NCBI RefSeq assembly: GCF_009914755.1
Contig: NC_060938.1
Length of the DNA: 64,000 bases
DNA from: the human T2T-CHM13v2.0 reference genome, Homo sapiens
Strand: one strand, 5' to 3'
Shown one piece after another: positions 28,119-42,430 of the stretch. Position 1 is the stretch's first letter; each line of letters begins with the position of its first letter. The position numbers and the translations under genes were made by a program. A model generated the notes under the pieces. The model was not told where the DNA came from and made no database searches. It was given only the letters and a program-made list of their open reading frames with translations.

Positions 28119-28160
28119 AGGCTACTGGTGCAATAGCCAACGCATCTGACTACGGATGAG
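28119..28160 (+). tRNA. 5'-half tRNA-Arg(ACG) pseudogene fragment
   Basis: AGGCTACTGGTGCAATAGCCAACGCATCTGACTACGGATGAG matches the recalled tRNA-Arg-ACG 5' half GGGCCAGTGGCGCAATGGATAACGCGTCTGACTACGGATCAG at 33/42. Anticodon ACG at 28152-28154; no T arm or B box. Confidence 0.7.
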
Positions 28161-28399
28161 GGAATTTAGCCTGGAATAAGGAACTTTTATTTCCAGCTTA
28201 GTGATGCACACAAATTTTAAAAATAAAATAAAATCATGTTTTATGTGATTCATGTTTCTCCTAATGCAAAGAAGACGGGTACTATTAATAAAAATATTTT
28301 TAAAATGTAAGGGCTAAGGCCCCAGAAGTTCTGCTATGATTTTTTATGTTTCATAGAGTGATTATCATCACAGAAGCTCAAGCATTACATAAATACAAA

Positions 28400-28940
28400 T
28401 GCGTATACCCCGACCTGGTAATTCTGCTTCTGGAAATTTATCTTCAGTTCCACCCGCACATCTACAAATTGATGCATATTCAATATTATGTACTGCAGCA
28501 CTGTTTATAAGAGCAAAAGACTGGAAACAGCCTAAATTTCCATCTACAAAAGACTAAATAAATTAAGGTACATCCCTAAAATGGAATATTATGTGGCTGT
28601 TAAAAAAGAGAGAGAGAGAAAGAGAGGAAAAGCAAGAAAAAGAGAAAACTTCCTACATTCAAACTAATAGTAGAAAACTCTCCAAGATACAATTTTAAGG
28701 AAAAAAAAATCAAAGTTGAGAAGACTATAGAGGAGGCTGCCTTTAGTGTAAAACAGTTGAAAATTATAGATATATTCATATGTTTATAAAGAAATTTTAG
28801 GAGGCTATAAAAAAACAAAGGGAAAGAGGAAAAGGAGGTGGGAAACAGGTGAGTAAGATGCATGGCAGGCATATGTCTTCATCTTCATATGCTTTTATTT
28901 AAAAATGTTGGACCATGTGTACACGTTATCTATTTTAAAA
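28400..28940 (+). mobile_element. Old L1ME 3' fragment
   Basis: GCAGCACTGTTTATAAGAGCAAAAGACTGGAAACAGCCTAAAT...ATGGAATATTATGTGGCTG. Confidence 0.7.
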
Positions 28941-29254
28941 ATTAGATTTTAAAGTACAAGAAAACAAGAAAATGAAAGCTTAAAAAGAGCATGTGGAACT
29001 ACCAGAAAAAGATACTAATCCATGGAGATAATGGCAAGGTAGCTCCTAGATGCACTGATTTCTCTACCACATTGTATAAACAAGCCATCAACTATGGGAT
29101 TTATAATTAAAAATGACTCTATTTGAAACACCACATTATTAAAAGCCATTAACTAAATCTTTAAAGTGACTGTAAATGATGACTTAACATTTTAAAGAGA
29201 TACAGTCACATCGCATGTGTGAATGCAGTCATCTGTATAAAATGTCATCATTAC

Positions 29255-29341
29255 CTTGATCATTTCTTCTTCTCCTGCTGTTTTACTTTTTGCACTGCAT
29301 CTAATAAAGCGGCTATTTGAGGCCGAGAAAGCCATTTTCCC
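29255..29341 (-). pseudogene. FRG1: FRG1-like exon 6, 87 bp (18-bp in-frame deletion)
   Basis: cttag|GGGAAAATGGC...GATCAAG|gtaatg encodes GKMAFSASNSRFIRCS-AKSKTAGEEEMIK; EAGDIE is missing relative to FRG1. Confidence 0.96.
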
Positions 29342-31591
29342 CTAAGTGAAACAAAATAACAAAATAGCCATGAGGATTCTTCTTGTAGAAGAAACATTAA
29401 GTGTTTACACTGAATTAATTTTTCCTCCCTGATTTAAAAATCACAGAAAAGAACTTAGAGAAAAACCTGAAAAATATAATACAAGAACATATAGAAAAGG
29501 AAACCAAAATCACCTTTCATTTTACTATTCAAAGATTACCACAATAAACATTTGTAGCATATCTTCCTAGTAGGACTATTCTAATTAGATGAGGTAGGAT
29601 TGCTTCCTTTCTAAAAGACCTACTGAAGATAAAACTGATTTAGTTCTGTTTGAAAAATTAACTTTAAAGATGAGAACATAATTATGGATGCATACTTTAT
29701 TCAAATATTAGCATTTTAAGTAAAATTTATTTTCTTCACAATTAGAAAACATGAAAAGGTATATACAATGCCTTTGGTGTTTTTAATTTAAGAGTCAATG
29801 TCTGAGGGACTTTTGTGTGTGAAAATAAATATTCATATACATTTTTAGTTGTTTAATGTTTGATGTATTACACTGCTTTCTATTAAACAAAACTTTAAAA
29901 ACTGATTTTCTTGTGTATCTAAATCTGGGTTATAAATTTGGTTAGCTTAACTCCCGTAACAAATATAACGTTTATTTATAACTTGTATTTGGTTGATTCT
30001 TTTGGAAAACTTGGAATACCATAACATTTAGACAAAATATTTATAAATACAATGATTACAAAATATGTTAACCTTATATCACATCCAGTTAAAAACGTGC
30101 TGATAACATCGATTTAATTTCTTAGTCAAGTCACAAGGGCTGGGTGTTCTCTCATCTGGATGGCTCCTGGTGAGCCCTGGAACATGGTGGTGGGGTCCAA
30201 GGTGATTTAAACCTGTGTCACAGATTATTCAGCTGAGTCCTTTTTGCAAGAGAGTTTTAAGACCCTCTTTCATTTAAATTTAAATTTTTGAAACTTAGTG
30301 TCCTTCCTAAAAATAAAATGAAATGAACTTTCCTAAAGTGTTGTATTATTAGTACTATCTAAGTCATCATCCTGGCCTTATGAAATATTGGCATTTTCTA
30401 CTGGTGTAACTTTTATTAGAAGCATCTCATCGTAACTAGTAGGATGATCTCAAAGGGGTTGCAACACATTAGCAGGTAATGAAATCAATGTAGTGTTTCC
30501 TGAATGGTATTGTGTGGGTGGGGGGGAAAAGGAAAACACACAGACACACAGAGGAAGGGTAAAAGAGAATAAGAAATATCAAAGTGCATAACACATGGAT
30601 AAGTAAGTATTGTTAAGTACAACTCTTGCTTCAGTTATACATATGTGTGTGCTGGGCTGCAATGTAAAAATGCATTTCTCAATGGATTGGGTAAAAATAC
30701 TTTTCAAGTCACTGACTTAAGATTTTATCCTAGGGGATGAGGAAATTAGTCTAAGTGATTACCTCTTTCTGGTGGGATGTTTGTTTAATCTGTCATCTTA
30801 GAAAACACTGCTGAGTTCCTATTTTCAGTTCATTATTGTATACTACCAAAGCTGCTACTCAAAGGCTGAGCTTATCTTCTATTTGCTTGTTCTGCGTGAT
30901 GCCCACTGGTCCTTACTGTTTTTGATATAGTTATCTACTTTTTAAAGACAGTTTAGCACTCACATATTTTTGTTCAATCTTTACTTCTCACACAGAAAAA
31001 GGAAATTATGTATTCTGTATCAACAAAGATTTAACAAAACATCCATATACTACAACTACTTACTAAAATTAAGAATTAGTATACTATCTTTTTTTCTCAT
31101 ATTAAATCTTTTCATACACTATTTTAAGCTTATGAACTGAAAGTCTTTTAGAGATAATTTACTTCAATGAACTATTATTATTTATATTTTATATGCAAAT
31201 TGTCACGACTTGGTCTTAGCTAGCTCTACTGTTCGCTTACAGTCTGTAATGTTTCTGAAAACATCCATGATTTCTGCTACAAAGAAGATACTTAGGAACA
31301 ATTCTGTTTTCCTACTCTGTGACCTAAAATTGACTGGTTCTTCAATGGAAATGAGATCCATATCTAGGCACTAAGGGTATACAGAAATAATTGTGGGCAA
31401 AAGTACTAATGCTATTTTTGTTGCACTATATTTTGAGATCTCTTTAAGGCTCTATGTTCTTACTGATTTATTCCTATTTAATGTATTATACTATTGCATC
31501 CTACTTTTTCTTTTTAAATATATTATGATTGACTGTTACAGACTTTCTGTTAAATTGACAGGGAGTTTTTATAAACAATAACAGCACTTAC

Positions 31592-31706
31592 ATTTTTAAA
31601 GACTGGTTCCCATTGTTCTCTTGGTCCAATTGCATCTGAATGCCCAACAACAAGTTCATCTGAATTTATACCAAGATATTTTCCATAGCCAGATTTCAGG
31701 GTGATT
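31592..31706 (-). pseudogene. FRG1: FRG1-like exon 5, 115 bp
   Basis: gtacag|AATCACCCTG...TTTAAAAAT|gtaagt encodes [38 protein letters not shown]. Confidence 0.97.
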
Positions 31707-31852
31707 CTGTACATTAATAAGATAGATAAAAGTTAAAAACTGAGAGGAAATTAATTATAGGGCATCAAAACAGGACATGTGTATGTGTGTGGGTGTGTAC
31801 ATATCTAAAATTTCAGACTGGACATATTCCAAGTGTTCAAAAGATGCATGTG

Positions 31853-32127
31853 GCTGAGTGGTGACTCACTCCTGTAATCTCTGTGCTTTGGGAAGCCAAT
31901 GGGAGAATTGCTTGAGGCAAGAAGTTCAAGATCAGCCTAGACAACATAGTGAGACCCCATCTCTACAAAAAATTTAAAAAGTTAGCTGGGCATGGTGGTG
32001 TGCACATGTAATACCAGCTACTTGGGAGGCTGATGCAGGAGGAGTGCTTGAGCCCAGAAATTTGAGGTTATAGTGAGCTATGATCACACCACTGCCCTCC
32101 AGCCTGGGTGACACAGTGAGACTATGT
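31853..32127 (+). mobile_element. AluJ-like in intron 4
   Basis: Dimeric Alu with a poly(A) tail. Confidence 0.93.
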
Positions 32128-33498
32128 GCCTTCAAAAAAAAAAAAAAGCTACATGTGACTGGTTGTTGCCATATTGGACACTGCAGATTTAAATTTAGTT
32201 TTATATTTTGCTTTTTTAATATAAACATTGTACCTTATATATTATGTAACAAATATTTTCAAAATTCATCATTCTTCAATTATACCTCTTTAGTTATAAA
32301 CTTCAATAATAAATTACTAAAACTATGTCATCAAACTGTTTTCCAGAAAATGCTGCTTCCATTTACATTCTTACCTCAAATTAACAGAGTATGTTTTGTA
32401 TCATGGATTTTTTTTTTTAAACATTATGACTCTAAAAAAATACTCAAAAACCTGATATGAAAAAAAAATATCCTATTAATTTGCATTTTAGTAGTTAACT
32501 AGAATAACAATTGTTTTTCTTTTCCTTTCCTTTTTACTTTTTAGATTATCTGGTAATGTCCCTTGTCCATTTTTCTATTCAGATCTGATTGTTCGCAATT
32601 TTTCTACTGGGGTCTTCAGTGCTATGAATTCTATACAAGATACATATGAACAGTAAGAACTCACTGCCTATTAAGATTGTTGCAAATATTTTCCTCATTT
32701 GTCAGTTGATTTTCTTTATAATCCTTTTCTGTTTATAATTGTAAAGCAGTTTAAAACTATTGAATTTTTTCTTCCTCTGCTTTTATTCTTTGTCTTTCAC
32801 CCTACTTATCAGACTTTCAAAGAAAGAATAGGAATAATCATCTTAACGTGATTTTTTAAAATTATGATTTCTTTTACCTTACCAAGAATCTCCTCGGATG
32901 CCAGAATTGACTTTTACTCCTTTATACGTTAATGATTGTATAACAGAAATCATTATCATGTTGATGTAACCAATTACTAAAATATGTAAATTCACTTTCA
33001 GTAACTTTTACCCAAAGAATCATTCTATATTTCTGCACAAGGTGAGAATAAAAAAGGTTACTTTATAAAATGACTGTAACAATAGTGAGTAAAAATATTC
33101 TTTTGGTCATTATGATACTGTAACGTTCTCTGCTGGTTTCAACAATATTCCTTTTTTTAGTCTTCCTGTTTGTCTTTAGACTTCCAAACAGTGAGTTTAA
33201 ATATCATACCAACAGTGAACCAGGTTTTGTACCATTTGATATATTTTTTAATCTATCTTATTTGGTGTGTGAAATTATTAATCTTCATTTTTTAACTCAC
33301 ATATCTTTTTTCCAGCCTAGCATTATATATTGATAGGAAATCCACTAAAAGTAGATCACAAAATCTACTTCTCAAAAAAGCTATTTCATTTTTTATATCA
33401 AAATTACCATGGGCTTAAGACAGATACTAAAATTTTTAATGAATACAATTAAATTTTTAAAAACACTGGTTACTAATTATATTACAACATAAGCTCAC

Positions 33499-33556
33499 CT
33501 GGAATCAGATAATTTGACAGCCGTAAACTGCTCTGGAGGACTAGGGCCCTCATCAA
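33499..33556 (-). pseudogene. FRG1: FRG1-like exon 4, 58 bp
   Basis: caatag|TTGATGAGGGCCCT...GATTCCAG|gtgagc encodes DEGPSPPEQFTAVKLSDS. Confidence 0.97.
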
Positions 33557-34335
33557 CTATTGGAGAAAAAACATTTGAAAATAAATTTGACATTTGCTAT
33601 AAACATAAAGACATTATTTTGCTTTAAAAATGTGGCTATTTTCTTCTGCAATTAAATGTAAGAATATTCAGATATACTGATGTCACTGTAATACTGTATC
33701 TTTGGAATCAAGATCTATTTTACCTTCTTTTAACTACAGTGCTAATTTTATACACTGAGTAAGACAGGGTGATATAATGTTTATTTAATAACTTTCGAGA
33801 TAGCTTCTCTTTATGTTTTAAAATACAGTCATAAATAAGCACTTATTTAAAAAAGCTAAATGCTTTCATTTATTCAATGGATGGCCTTGCTGACCAAATG
33901 ATACTGCTTTTTATCTTCTAATTACTTCGTATCTCACTAGTGCTTCCTCTAAAGGGCTAAAGAAAATGAGGAAACTTCAAATTGTTAAATGCACCCAGGT
34001 TAGTTTTGGTAATAGGTCTGAATAAAAAAGTAATTCAAACATGTTTGACTCAAATAGGTTTTCTTTTTTCCTTCCACTTACTATTTTAATTATTCATATT
34101 GTTTTGATTTCCAAAGATACTCTTCTGGAACTACACGGAATGTTTTCAAATGCTTATATTAGAAAGAGGGACTTGCCAATGGCTGGTAAATATTAAGGAA
34201 TTAAAAAAAATTGGAAGAGTCAAATGCAACGGTTCCATTCCTTTGGAAAATGTTTGAGACTAGTTAGAGTTTGGCCTAAGTGAATGAATGTCCTAAAATC
34301 TACACTTGTGGCAGGATCTTCCCTTCCAGACAAAC

Positions 34336-34461
34336 CTTCTTTGTGTGGAGCTCCCAGGGTAAAAAGACCATTGTTGAGTGCATGTATATAGGTTCCCTCA
34401 TCCATTTCAATGGCTATGGTTCCTGAAATTTCACCAAAGTTTGTTACTGTCCACCAGATTC
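34336..34461 (-). pseudogene. FRG1: FRG1-like exon 3, 126 bp
   Basis: ttttag|GAATCTGGTGG...CACAAAGAAG|gtttgt encodes IWWTVTNFGEISGTIAIEMDEGTYIHALNNGLFTLGAPHKE (ORF 34220..34405). Confidence 0.97.
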
Positions 34462-34791
34462 CTAAAAAATAAAATTGATATTTCTACTTTATATTTTAGT
34501 TTTGACACAGAGTTCTTTTTTATTATAACTTAGTTTTAAAAACTTTTTATTTTGCAGTCATAATAAATAATATGAAGATCTCACATATCCTTTACTCTCT
34601 TTGTCTCAATGATGACATCTTGCATAAGTATCATACATTGTTAGAATCAGGAAACTGACACTGATATAATCCATGAAGCTTATTCAAATTTCACCAGTTT
34701 TACATGTACTTGTTTGCATGTATGTGCACATATTCGTGTGACTACCAGCACAGTCAGGATTAGGTTTTTAAAATACAAAATAGCAACATAC

Positions 34792-34962
34792 AGCCAGGCA
34801 TGGGGGTGCATGCCTGTAAACCCAGCTACTCGGGGAGCTGGGAAAGAGGATCACTTGAGCCCAGGAGTTCAAGGTTATAGTGAGCTATGATCACGCCACT
34901 GCACTCTAGCCTGAGTGACAGAGCAAGGTCCTGTCTCAAAAAAAAGACCAAAACAAAACAAA
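34792..34962 (+). mobile_element. Alu right monomer (AluJ/FRAM-like)
   Basis: AGCCAGGCATGG...CCTGTCTCAAAAAAAA. Confidence 0.88.
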
Positions 34963-35114
34963 AGGCAACATGTGAAGGTACAAAGTGATATATGGAGAAC
35001 GGTCTCTCTCATGATAGACCCCAGCCATCTATTCATGCCTGCTTTCCAGAGGCAATGCCTATCATAATGTTTCTTAAAAATGCCTCTACAGGAAGACTTT
35101 CTAGCATAGTAATC

Positions 35115-35411
35115 TTTTTTTTTTTTTTTTGAGACGGAGTCTCGCTCTGTCGCCCAGGCTGGAGTGCAGTGACATGATCTTGGCTCACTGCGACCTCCGC
35201 CTCCTGGGTTCAAACAATTCTCCACCTCAGCTTCCCGAGTAGCTGGGGTTACAAGAGCCTGCCACCATGCCCGAATAATTTTTTTTGTATTTTTAGTAGA
35301 GACGGGGTTTCACCACATTGGCCAGGCTGGTCTTGAACTCCTGACCTCGTGATCCACCCGCCTCTGCCTCCCAAAGTGCTAGGATTACAGGTGTGAGCCA
35401 CTGCACCTGGC
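35115..35411 (-). mobile_element. AluS-like
   Basis: Full reverse Alu with TSD AGTAATCTT. Confidence 0.95.
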
Positions 35412-36039
35412 CAGTAATCTTAACTACGATTTTAGATTGAAAGTAAAATGAGCAGAATCTATGTCTATGTATACTAATTTCCAATTTGCCAACAGAAATG
35501 TTAGACTCTAGCCACAATTATTTTAGCAGTTGTCATAAAAGCTTACATCTTAATGTTAAAAAATATCCTCAAACCTTCTCCTAAATTGTACTTTAACTAG
35601 AGTAGAAATGAGTCAATCATTAACTGGATATGACATATTAAGGAATTCTTGTTAATTTTACAAGGTCTGATAATGACATAGTATAACGTATAAAAGTAAA
35701 GAACAAAACAGGTGATGAGAGAAAGACATACCACATTAAGAAATGTACATTTATGTGCTTATGGGTAAAATGATGTAATATCTGTGATTTTACTTAAAAT
35801 TTTCTAGGAAAAATTGTGTGCGGGAGTGTGTATGAAATGAAACGAGATTGGCAAAATATTGATAATTAATGCTGGGGCCTGGGCACATGGGGGACTCATT
35901 ATATTCTTCTATGTAGGGATTACTTTCGTATTTCCATAATAAAAAGGTTTTAAAGATTCAGTTAATTCCACTGCACAAAATTTTCTATTCAACTAACATT
36001 TCATGCTTTTCATAATCAATTTTAAAATACATAAAATTT

Positions 36040-36745
36040 TAGCTAAAATGAAGTTGGACCCTTATCTAACACCAAATACAAAAAGTAACTTAACATAGAC
36101 CAAAGACCTAAATGTAAGAGCTAAAGTTAGAAAACTTTTAGAAGAAAATGGGAAAAGCTTCACGACAATGAATTTGACAATGATTTCTTATATAGAACAT
36201 CAAAGGCACAGGCAACAAAAGAAAACACAGACAAACTGGACTTCATCAGAAATAAAAACTTTTGTGCATCAAGAACCACTGTCAACAGAGTAAAAGGTAA
36301 CCCAGAGAATGGAGACAATATTTGTAAACTACATACATTATAAGGAATTAATATCCAGACTATATAGAGAACTCCAAAAAGACAAATACCACAATTCAAA
36401 ACTGGGCAAAGGATATACACGGACATTCCTCCAAAGATGATATACAAATGGTCAATAAGCACTTGAAAAGATGCTCAACATCACTAGTCACTAGGGAAAT
36501 ATAAATCAAAACCATAATGCAATGCCACTTCACACCCATTAGAATGCTATTATCAAAACAAACAAAAAACAGAAACCAAGAAAACCAGAAAAACAAATGT
36601 TGGGCAGGATGTGGAGAAACTGAAACCCTCTGCAATGCTGGTGGGAAGGTAAAATGGTGCATGTATTTAAATGCCACTGAAGTGTACACGTAAAAATAGA
36701 AAAATTGGCAAATTATATATTCTGTATATTTTACCTCCACACACA
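36040..36745 (+). mobile_element. L1MB-like 3' ORF2 fragment
   Basis: ATGAAGTTGGACCCTTATCT...AAGATGCTCAACATCACTAGTC...CACACCCATTAGAATG. Confidence 0.8.
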
Positions 36746-37634
36746 CACAAAAACAATGGAGAAAAAGAAAATTAATCAAAATTAAAATTTCAGCTAAAGA
36801 CGATTAGAAAGCAATAAAACTAATGACAATTTAGGTGATTGAGTTATAGCTACAATTGTTTTCAGTAAAGGAAATAATGCTTTATTCAGAATCATTATGA
36901 ACAGTGTTATGATTAGCAAGTCTTTCTTATAAATGTAATAGTTAATAATTTTAAATTAGTTTTATTTTGTATGTTCTATGCCATGTTCACCAAGTACACT
37001 TAATATTAAATAAAATCATTTAAATATAATATCTCATTAATGTTTTGCAAATGAAGAAGAAATTTCTGGCAGACAAGCTCCTCAAAATTTTCACCCTCTG
37101 TCCAAGTAGGAAAATGATACAATAACATTACTTATAATATTGTCAACTGAAAAAGAAATTACTTTGAGCAGATGCCAGTATTTCTTCTCAATGAGATTTC
37201 AAAGAATAAGAAAGCTAAACACAGTATCATCAAGAATTAAATGTGAGCATTCTGCTTACTTTATGCAAGTGGCCTACATTCAACGTTTGGAGGTATGCTT
37301 ATATGTTTAACGACTAAAGTAACATAACATAATACTTAACGGTGCCACTCGGGGGTTTTAGCTGTGAAAAAGCAGTGGATCCTAAGAACAGTGGGCACTG
37401 AAGTTGCCTGTCTCTACGTCAGGTTACAGCTCAAGCCGTGTATATATGCTGCAGATGCCCAAGCTGAATTTAAGAGAATCCGCTCTAAAACATTACTTGC
37501 TATTTAGACACATGCTTAAAGTTGTTTCCTTTTAAACCTTAGGCAGATGGTGAAATATTCCCGCTGTGTTGTCTCACAATGCATAACAAAGCTTTTCACA
37601 TATTTTCACATAGTTGAGAATGTTTCCATATGTC

Positions 37635-37918
37635 TGGCATGCCTGTAATCCAGCACTTTGAGAGGTGGAAGCAGAAGAATCACTTAAACCCAGGAGTTCA
37701 AAATCAGCCTAGGCAACAAAAGGAGACCCCCAGCTCTACAAAAAAATTAAGAAATTAGCTGGGTATGGTGGTACAAGCCTGTGGTCCCAGCTACTCAGGA
37801 GTCCGAGGTGAGAGGATTGCTTGAGCCTACAAGGTCGAGGGTGCACTGAGCCATGATCATGTCACTGCACTCCAGCCTGAGCAACAAAACAAGAGCCTGT
37901 CTCAAAAAAAAAAAAAAA
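37635..37918 (+). mobile_element. AluJ-like
   Basis: Dimeric Alu with poly(A). Confidence 0.92.
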
Positions 37919-39462
37919 TGGCCCGATGCACCAGTGTCATGGCTGATAAGATACTCCCAGGGCACCCTCATTCTAGCATCAAGGCTGTGAGACAGCTCAC
38001 CTTACCTTCTGACTAACCCAGTGCTTCTGTGCTAAGGGCCCCCTTAAATCTCTACCTTCATTATGTGCTTGGCACAAAGGAATGATATATCTTAGATTTG
38101 GAAATGGAATTTTATTCCCAAATCTTACTGTAGTCTGAGTACCCTTCACAGACCTTCTATTAACCCATAGCTTACTTGGCTTTAGTTCCTGGGTAAATCA
38201 AATCTGTGTTTTGCAAACTACGATGTTGTAAGTCAGTTGCTTCTGAATCTAGCAGAGCTCAGTGAAACTATTTGCTTACAGACATGCTCATTTTTATTAA
38301 TGTCACACATGGTACTCTCCATGTGAAAGACAGAATTTCTTTCATCCTATTTACCAATCCCTTCAGATCCTTGTGAGGAACCAACAGAACAGCTTTAAAA
38401 AATTAAAAGGTTTTTTTCTTTCTCTTCACAAATAGGAACATGCTTATTTTTACGGCGAGTTTAGAAAATCCACAATGCAAAAGATGGTGGAAGGACAAAG
38501 AGAAAAAGACGCAGAAGGACTTCCTCTTCCAGCCAAGATGGACTTGCCCTCCCATCATGACCAATGAGAAAACTGAAACTGGATAGAATATTTGAGAGAA
38601 CTGTTTTTGGGGATTGAAACACAGGCAGAACAGGACTGTGATATTTGAGAACAGGAAAACACAGGAGGCAAATCTAACACACACTTCTGTTTTCTGCCCA
38701 ATGGCAGTTTCTTGACCATGCAGAGAGAGGTAGAGACCTCCAAAAATGAGGCAATGTCACTGTCACTAAGCTGAGAGTCTTGCAGTGCTAACATGTTTGG
38801 AGTTTATAGAATAAGGTACTGGAGAAGAGGGAACAACATACAGGTGAGGCCTCAAAAGAGTATGCAAAAGTTCTCTGCAGGTCTGGGGCCAAGGGCTGGG
38901 GGGAGTGCATACAGTAGGCAGGCTCCACAAGGCCCATGCAGAGTGGCTGGCACTTCTGAGGGCTGACTGGAGATGCCAGAGATCACACAAATTTGGGACA
39001 TAGCAGAGTGGAGAGAACTCACCAAATATACCTAGAACATGTGGCTGAGGCCCATGAGGATGAAACTTTCCTAGAGTAAGAGTCACTGTCTAAGTCTACA
39101 GGCAAAAACCTAATAAATAAGCACAAACTAACAAAGGCCCAGGCTTGACAGGAGCAAAAGGGTGGTCAAATAATTTAACTAGGCATCAAGACATTTAACA
39201 GAAATAAAGGTTAAAATGTTATGAAAATGAAAGACTGAATTTATAAGGAAGACTTAACAATCCTAAATGTGTACACATGACGGCTTCAAAATACTTTAAG
39301 CAAAAACTGCTCAAGTAGACAGATCTAGAATTACAGCTGGAGATTTTAACATAACTCTCAATACATTGTAGGATGAGTGAAAAATCAGTAAGGACACAGA
39401 AGATGTGCATAGTCACAAGCTCCACCAGTTGATATAACTGACATCTAAAAAACACTGAACTA

Positions 39463-39772
<310 letters not shown>

Positions 39773-40185
39773 CCCTGAACCAACATCTGCAGAATACACA
39801 TCCTTTTCTAGTGTACATGGAAATTCACTAAGAAAGTATGTTCTCCAACTATACTATAAATGAATTAGAAATCAGCAACAATATCATACCTATAATATCT
39901 CTATGTAGTAGAAATTAAAAACAGTACACTTTTAAATAACTCAAGTGTCCATGAAAAGAAAAATCACAAGGAAAACTAGACGATATTTTGAATGGAATTA
40001 AAATGAAAACAAAATGTGTTGACTATAACTAAAACTAACATGGAATGAGGAGATCTAACTCCTTTTTTAAGAAGCAATAAAACAAGAGCAAAGTAAACTG
40101 AAAATAAGTTAAAGGGAGGAAAAAAAAAAGAATGAAAATAAATGAAATAAAAAATGAAAAAAAGAGAAAATAAGTAATGTTGAAA

Positions 40186-40402
40186 CAAGCTTGTCCAACC
40201 TGAGGGCTGCATGTGGCCCAAGCCAGCTTTGAATGCAGCCCAACACAAATTCATAAACTTTCTTGACATATTATGAGACTTTTTTGCTTTTTTTTTTTTT
40301 TTTTTTTGGCTCTTCAGCTTATTGTTAGTGTATTCTATGTGTGGCCCAAGACAATTCTCCTTCCATTGTGGCCCAAGGAAGCTAAAAGATTGAATACCCC
40401 TG
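40186..40402. mobile_element. MER30-like hAT element
   Basis: CAAGCTTGTCCAACC...GGCCCAAGACAATTCTCCTTCCATTGTGGCCCAAGGAAGCTAAAAGATTGAATACCCCTG. Confidence 0.85.
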
Positions 40403-42207
40403 TACTAAAAGATCATTAATGATCTAAAATAAATGATCTTATAAAGAATTGATAAACCTCCAGCTAGACTGACTGATCCAGGAAAAAATGGAAAAAACAA
40501 AAATTACCAATATGAAGAGACTGCAATACAGATTAGATTCTACAGACATTAAAAGGATATTAAAGGAATATTCTGAACAATTTTATGCCAATAAATCCAA
40601 CAACTTGGATGAAATGAAATTTTCCTAAAAGACACAAATTACCAAAATTGACAACAGAAAAATCTGAAAATATCTCTTAAAAAATCTTGATTTTCCCACA
40701 AAAAACTAAAACCAAACCAAACAAAACCCTCTAAGTACAGATGACTTCACTGGTAAATCCTATCAAACATGTAAAGAAGAAATCATACCGATCTTACACA
40801 GCTATTTCCAAAAACAGGGAAGGAGACAGCACTTCCCATCTAATTTTATGACACCCAATATCACCTTGACACCAAAATCAAATAAAGCCATTACAAGAAA
40901 AGGATACAAAAGTCCAATATCTCCCATCAACACCAATATAGAAATCTTATAAAGAAGAAAAACGAACACCTAGAAATCAAATCTAGCAATATCCCAAAAG
41001 ACAACGCACCACAACCAAGTGGGGTTTATCTCAGGGATGTAAAGTTAGTTTAAAAGTTGAAAATGAAACCAATGTTATTCAATGGCAGAATGAAGAAAGT
41101 TGTATAATCATCTCAACAGATAAAGAAAGAGGCACTGGACAGCATTAAACATCGTTATGATAAAAACTCCCAAGAAACAAAGTTTAAAAGGAATGTCCTC
41201 ATTTTGATAAAGTTTTTCTCTGCAGATCCTACAGACATCATACCATATGGTGGACTACTAAAAGTTTTCTGCCTAAGCTTGGAAACAATGCAATTATGCC
41301 CATTCTCGTGACTTCTGTTCAACACTATGGAAGTCCTGAACAGTATAATAAACCAATAAAAAGCAAGACAAGACATAAGGATTAGGAAGAAAGAAGTAAA
41401 ACAATAGTCACAGGAAACATAATTGCAAATTTCTTAGTTTTCTATATAAACAAATCTTTAGAAGTAAGAAGTGAAACAGACTTATCAGACTACAAAGTCA
41501 CTACACAAAAATCAATTGTATATCTACATACTGACAGCAAACAACTGGAAAATCAAATTCAAAAGTTCTACTGACAGTAGTGTAAAATTATAAAATACTT
41601 AAGAATAAATTTTTAAACAGGCATGCAAGACTGCTACATTGAAAATTATGAAATATTGAGGCCCAATATTAAGATGTTGATTCTCCCCTAAATTATCTGG
41701 ACTCGATACTATTCTCTGAGAAAATCCAACAGGCTTCACTGTAGAAATTAATAAACTAATAGTAAGTACAAAGTTGGTGGACACACACTACCTTATCTCA
41801 AGACTTCATGAAATTATAGCAATCAAGAGAAATATACCAAAAGAAAAACAGACAATCGATAGAACAGAGTCCAGAAATAGACCAATACATAGAAAGTTAA
41901 TTGATTTTTTATGAAGATATGAAACTGGATTAATGGAAAAAGGAAACACCAGTGGTGCTGGCACAAATGGCTATCAAGATGTTAAAAAAAAAAAAAGTAA
42001 ATCTTGAAACCAAACTCACACCATGCCAAAAATTAATTTGAGATTAATGACAGATTTAATGTAAAAACTAAAACTATGATGTCTCTAAAAGACAATGTAG
42101 AATATTTTCCTGACTTTGGGGTAAGCAAAGATCTCTTAGATCAAAGAGATAAGGCAGTAACCATAAAAGAAAAAATAAACTAAGATTTATAAAAATTAAA
42201 AGCTTCT

Positions 42208-42430
<223 letters not shown>

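Noticed and set aside
37995-38092. Cryptic exon in intron 2 (tandem donors AAG|GTAAGG and AAG|GTGAGC on minus)
   Set aside because: The acceptor is weak and ambiguous; unsupported without transcript data.
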